DNA of 64,000 nucleotides from positions 96,286,001-96,350,000 of the forward strand of contig OZ024746.1 in assembly GCA_964016885.1 (NCBI GenBank), written 5' to 3'. Under the pieces are notes generated by a model. It was not told the origin of the DNA, did not search any database, and saw only the letters and a program-made list of their open reading frames with translations. The stretch is from Eledone cirrhosa (taxonomy: Eukaryota). Position numbers and translations under genes: made by a program. Shown in pieces: positions 58,606 through 64,000 of this stretch (positions are counted from its first letter, which is position 1; every line of letters begins with the position of its first letter).

Positions 58606-58608
<3 letters not shown>
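58413..58608. repeat. Short (TA)n-embedded repeat, copy with ~55-bp foldback
   Basis: 58413-58468 is inverted relative to 58474-58529. Confidence 0.85.
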
Positions 58609-58657
<49 letters not shown>

Positions 58658-58679
58658 TGTATAGAACAGAGATAGTGAT

Positions 58680-59606
58680 GTGACATGGACTGAGGGAGGG
58701 GGGACAGACATGGACAGGGAGAGAGAGAGAGAGACAAAGAGAAGGGTGACATGGACGGAGAGAAAGAGAGAGGTGAGAGATGGACGGAGAGAGAGGGGGA
58801 GACAGACATGGACAGATAGATAGATAGAGAGAGAGAGGTGAGACATTATTGGAGAGAGAGAGAGAGAGAAAGAGAGAGGGGGTGAAATAGCTGTAGGAAT
58901 GTGTTACTGTGAGTGAAAAAATAGAAGACAGGGGGAGGAGGGGAGAGTGAGATGGAGGGGAGGGGGCTGCAGGGAGGGCGAGAGAGAGAGAAGGGAGAGA
59001 GGGAGGGAGAGTGTAAGTAGTGATTGAGAGCGAGAGGGAGGGAGTGTGTATGTATGTATGTATATATGTGTGTGTATGTGTGTGTGTATGTATGTGTGTG
59101 TATGTATGTATGTGTGTGTATGTATGTGTGTGTATGTTTGTGTATGTATGCATGTGTGTGTGTATGTGTGTGTGTATGTATGTGTATGTATATGTATGTA
59201 TGTGCTTGCATGTATGTGTGTGTATGTATGTATGTACATTTCTGTATATATATATATGTGTCTATGTATGTCTATGTATGTATATGTATGTCTGTGTATG
59301 TATATGTCTATATATGTCTGAGTATGTATATGTATATGTCTATATATGTCTGTGTATGTATATGTCTATATATATGTGTATGTATATGTCTATATATGTC
59401 GGTGTATATGTATGTGTATATATATGTCTATGTATGTATATGTATGTGTATATGTATATCTGTGTATGTATATGTCTATATATGTATATGTATGTATATG
59501 TATGTGTATATATATGTCTATGTATGTGTATATATATATATATATATGTCTATGTATGTCTATATATGTCTGTGTATGCATATGTATGTGTACATATATA
59601 TCTATG

Positions 59607-59669
<63 letters not shown>

Positions 59670-59780
59670 CTATGTATGTATATGTATGTGTGTATATATA
59701 TATATATGTGTGTGTGTCTATGTATGTATATGTATGCGTGTATATATATATATATATGTGTGTGTGTCTATGTATGTGTG
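58680..59780. repeat. (GA)-rich then (TG/TATG)n low-complexity tracts
   Basis: Direct inspection. Confidence 0.9.
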
Positions 59781-60080
59781 GTATACCAGCGATTCCGAGC
59801 TGTTATAGTCTTCTTCAGTTTCACTTACAGCGAAACATATCTTTAATGTCATTATAGCAGCAGATAGCGTCCCTAACTAAAGGCGATTAGTTTCTAGCGA
59901 AGCTTCGAGCCGTAGTTCTAACTCTCAATTGAAACCCCTCGGCTAAATTAAACCCTAAGTTCTATGATGCATCTGTTTATTTTAAAGTATCTTTATTTAT
60001 AGATTTTTAAAAAAAAGCCAAAATACTTCCATCATAATTTTATGTAGGGGCATTTTTTAAGTTTGAAAAAAACTGAGAAT

Positions 60081-60247
60081 TACCGTATTTCCCGGCGTGG
60101 AAGACGCTTCGTCCTCGAGGTCTAACCCTAATTTTGACAAGCAAAAATAAAAAAAAAATAATAATAAACAACCTTCGGCCTCCAGGACGCATGATAGATT
60201 TTTGAGACTTATTTTGAGACTTATTTTCGACGCCGGGAAATACGATA
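60081..60247. mobile_element. Tc1/mariner-pogo-type MITE
   Basis: TA-CCGTATTTCCCGGCGT ... ACGCCGGGAAATACGA-TA. Confidence 0.75.
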
Positions 60248-60251
60248 TATT

Positions 60252-60405
60252 TTTCTTCTTTGTCCACTTATTCCTAAGAGGGTCGTGGGAGCAGAGTCCT
60301 CAAACACTCCTTCCAGTGGGTCTTGTCAGAAGCAGCCGTCTCCAACTGATCCGGCTGGATCTCCGAGACCAGCCAAGCTCATGGATGTTAGCCAACCATC
60401 TTGGT
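60252..60405 (-). mobile_element. 3' end of the RTE element, inverted relative to 61015-61170
   Basis: Reverse complement matches aagatgg...acatccatgagcttggctggtctcg...ggaataagtggac. Confidence 0.75.
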
Positions 60406-60631
60406 TTTTAAAATATGAAAGAAAGTGACGTCCGTCCGAACAAGTATCTTCCACTACCAACTATCTTACCCTCCGCCTCTGAGGCCCGGCCGACAGGATG
60501 GATAATACACTGCCCCGGAGGACGGCAAGGGAAACATGCTGTAACAGCCACTCGACCTCACGGGGCTCGCACCTGCGGGCGGCCAACTCCATTCCGATAG
60601 CCAAGTTTTATAGTCATGTTTCAAACATCTC

Positions 60632-60712
60632 CTTAGTAATGAGAAACTTAGTAATGAGAAACTTAGTAATGAGAAACTTAGTAATGAGAAACTTAGTAAT
60701 GAGAAACTTAGT
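60632..60712. repeat. 15-bp tandem repeat CTTAGTAATGAGAAA, ~5.4 copies
   Basis: Direct inspection. Confidence 0.95.
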
Positions 60713-60759
60713 TACATCAAATTCTTGATTATTTTCAAAATTATTTTCAAAGTTATCTC

Positions 60760-61172
60760 GGTTATGACCGAAAGAATACGATCGTGAATACAAGCGGCCG
60801 AAATGGGGTTCCTCCGAAGGGTCTTTGGAGTAACGTTACTCGATAGAGTGTGTAGCTCGGAGATCAAAGAGTCACTCCAGGTAGAGCCGCTACTTCTCCC
60901 AACCAGAGATCACAGTTCCGATACTATGGCCATGTGGTTAGAATGTCTCAGGAAAGAATCGCTGGATAGATTCATGGGCAAAACCAACTGTGTAGAGACC
61001 CAAGGGTAGACCCCGAGCAAGATGGTCGGATAACATCCATGAGCTTGGCTGGTCTCGCTTGGGGATCCAGTTGGATCAGTTGGAGACAACTGCTTCTGAC
61101 AGGACCTGCTGGAAGGAGTGCTTGAGGACTCTGCCCCCTTGACCCTCTCAGGAATAAGTGGACGAAGAAGAA
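60760..61172 (+). mobile_element. 3' fragment of RTE-clade (Expander-like) LINE
   Basis: IQAAEMGFLRRVFGVTLLDRV.SSEIKESLQVEPLLL, YYGHVVRMSQER, GRPRARW. Confidence 0.85.
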
Positions 61173-61724
61173 TTTAGAAGTCATAGTTAGTGTCGTTTAT
61201 TAGAAATATAACAAAAGGGTTAATCTTTGGGTCAGGTACCTACCGTTTGGTAAAGGTACATTTGAATAATAAATATAAAGAAGGGGTTTATGGTGAGTAT
61301 GTGTCTAGTAAGGCTGGGCGACAGCAGGTCTTCCACAACAACTTGTCCAGGCTTGTGTCTAGGAGACTAACTTTCCATGCACAAACTCACGGTCTGTCAT
61401 AAGATAAGGAAAGGGAGGAGGCTTACCCTAAAGTATGATAGACAAGATCTGGAGGTAACTAGTTTAGTATTAAAAAGGGATTACGATGAGTGTGTGATCC
61501 GAACCCGAAGGAACCAAACTCCCACTGTTACTGCCTCCGTATCTCCCGCTCTCCCTATCTCTCACTATTATGAGCAAATGGGGGCCGACGCGCTGGCCAC
61601 TTTGCGGCCCTGGTGCACAGAATAGAGAAAGTGTTTCGCTGGAGAATGGTGAGGGAGATGCGCTGCAAGAGCCATTCCAGTTCTCCAGGGTTATATGAAA
61701 ACCACGGACATCCTCACAATCTCT

Positions 61725-61896
61725 CACTGTGGTCAGACTGGAGCACCGTCTGGTTTTAGTCATTACACTGTGGTCAGGCTGGAGCACCGCCTTGTTTTAG
61801 TCATTAGACTGTGGTCAGACTGGAGCACCGCCTTGAGTTTCGTCGATCATATCGACCCTAAGCACTTTTTTTTTTTCAAGTCTGATACCTTTTTTT
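61725..61896 (-). mobile_element. SINE-like remnant with 41-bp tandem duplication
   Basis: ctgtggtcagactggagcaccg three times, followed by gtcgatcatatcgaccc...gatacc. Confidence 0.5.
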
Positions 61897-64000
61897 ATGG
61901 AGGTCTTTGTCGGGGTGTGGAGGTCTTTGTCGGAGTGTGGAGGTCTTTGTCAGGGTGTGGAGGTCTTTGTCGGAGTGTGGAGGTCATTGTCGGGGTGTGA
62001 AGATCCTTGTCGGGGTGTGGAGATCATTGTCGGGGTGTGGATGTCTTTGTCGGAGTGTGGAGGTCTTTGTCAGGGTGTGGAGGTCTTTGTCGGAGTGTGG
62101 AGGTCATTGTCGGGGTGTGAAGATCCTTGTCGGGGTGTGGAGATCATTGTCGGGGTGTGGATGTCATTGTCGGGGTGTGGAGGTCATTGTTGGGGTGTGG
62201 AGGTCATTGTCGGGGTGTGGAGGTCATTGTCGGGGTGTGGAGGTCTTTGTCAGGGTGTGAAGATCCTTGTCGGGGTGTGGAGATCATTGTCGGGGTGTGG
62301 AGGTCATTGTCGGGGTGTGGAGATCATTGTCGGGGTGTGGAGGTCATTGTTGGGGTGTGGAGATCATTGTCGGGGTGTGGAGGTCTTTGTCAGGGTGTGG
62401 AGGTCTTTGTCAGGGTGTGGAGGTCATTGTCAGGGTGTGGAGGTCTTTGTCGTGGTGTGGAGGTCATTGTGGGCGTGTGGAGATCATTGTCGGGGTGTGG
62501 AGATCATTGTCAGGGTGTGGAGGTCTGTTTCGGGGTGTGGAGGTCTTTGTCGGGGTGTGGAGGTCATTGTCGGGGTGTGGAGGTCATTGTCGGGGTGTGG
62601 AGGTCATTGTCGGGGTGTGGAGGTCATTGTCAGGGTGTGGAGGTCATTGTTGGGGTGTGGAGGTCATTGTTGGGGTGTGGAGGTCTTTGTCGGGGTGTGG
62701 AGGTCATTGTCGGGGTGTGGAGGTCTTTGTCGGGGTGTGGAGGTCATTGTCGGGGTGAGGAGGTCATTGTCGGGGTGTGGGGGTCTTTGTCGGGGTGTGG
62801 AGGTCATTGTTGGGGTGTGGAGGTCATTGTTGGGGTGTGGAGGTCATTGTTGGGGTGTGGAGGTCATTGTTGGGGTGTGGGGTTCTTTGTCGGGGTGTGG
62901 GGGTCTTTGTCAGGGTGTGGAGGTCATTGTTGGGGTGTGGAGGTCTTTGTCGGGGTGTGGAGGTCATTGTCAGGGTGTGGAGGTCATTGTTGGGGTGTGG
63001 AGGTCATTGTTGGGGTGTGGAGGTCATTGTCGGGGTGTGGGGGTCTTTGTCGGGGTGTGGAGGTCATTGTCGGGGTGTGGGGGTCTTTGTCAGGGTGTGG
63101 GGGTCTTTGTCAGGGTGTGGAGGTCATTGTTGGGGTGTGGGGGTCTTTGTCGGGGTGTGTAGGTCTTTGTCGGGGTGTGGGGGTCTTTGTCAGGGTGTGG
63201 AGGTCATTGTTGGGGTGTGGAGGTCATTGTTGGGGTGTGGGGGTCTTTGTCAGGGTGTGGAGGTCATTGTCGGGGTGTGGAGATCATTGTTGGGGTGTGG
63301 GGGTCTTTGTCAGGGTGTGGAGATCATTGTTGGGGTGTGGAGGTCATTGTCGGGGTGTGGGGGTCTTTGTCGGGGTGTGGGGGTCTTTGTCAGGGTGTGG
63401 AGGTCATTGTTGGGGTGTGGAGGTCATTGTTGGGGTGTGGGGGTCTTTGTCGGGGTGTGGGGGTCTTTGTCAGGGTGTGGAGGTCATTGTTGGGGTGTGG
63501 AGATCATTGTTGGGGTGTGGAGGTCATTGTCGGGGTGTGGGGGTCTTTGTCAGGGTGTGGAGATCATTGTTGGGGTGTGGAGGTCATTGTCGGGGTGTGG
63601 GGGTCTTTGTCGGGGTGTGGGGGTCTTTGTCAGGGTGTGGAGGTCATTGTTGGGGTGTGTAGGTCATTGTTGGGGTGTGGGGGTCTTTGTCGGGGTGTGG
63701 GGGTCTTTGTCAGGGTGTGGAGGTCATTGTTGGGGTGTGGGGGTCTTTGTCGGGGTGTGGAGATCATTGTTGGGGTGTGGAGGTCATTGTCGGGGCGTGG
63801 GGGTCTTTGTCATGGTGTGGAGGTCTGTTTCGGGGTGTGGAGGTCTTTGTCAGGGTGTGGGCGTCTTTGTCGGGGTGTGGAGGTCATTGTCGTGGTGTGG
63901 AGGTCTTTGTCGTGGTGTGGAGGTCTTTGTCGTGGTGTAGAGCTCATTGTGGGCGTGTGGAGATCATTGTCGGGGTGTGGAGATCATTGTCAGGGTGTGG
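61897..64000. repeat. 20-bp G-rich minisatellite AGGTC(A/T)TTGTCGGGGTGTGG, ~105 copies, continues past the window end
   Basis: Direct inspection; exact 20-bp phase. Confidence 0.98.

Noticed and set aside
61897-63940. Gly/Cys/Val-rich ORFs resembling keratin-associated proteins
   Set aside because: The 20-bp unit is not a multiple of three and all frames give the same cyclic peptide.

Overview
Eukaryotic, AT-rich, repeat-saturated DNA, probably an octopod cephalopod judging by the SINE and MITE families (inference). No host gene is supported; most listed ORFs are microsatellite translations. The main finding is a 310-bp tandem array (4706-7834, with an internal inversion) in which every complete unit carries a type I hammerhead ribozyme with a palindromic stem III, i.e. 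a non-LTR retrozyme-like element. A divergent monomer at about 14110-14430 keeps the same fold with different stem sequences. Nearby lie Penelope-like (Naiad-type) relics with mini-hammerheads and several foldback insertions in (TA)n. Other content: a full-length frameshifted hAT transposon with an 8-bp TSD (20514-24466), a 15.2-kb phase-conserving satellite (24585-39797), a near full-length Tx1/L1 LINE in a (GACA)n microsatellite (47941-53550), CR1/L2, RTE and R4/Dong fragments, many SINEs and MITEs, 68-bp and 20-bp minisatellites, a 200-N gap and a probably artefactual 4.7-kb palindrome. All calls were made by eye; boundaries of degenerate elements are approximate.
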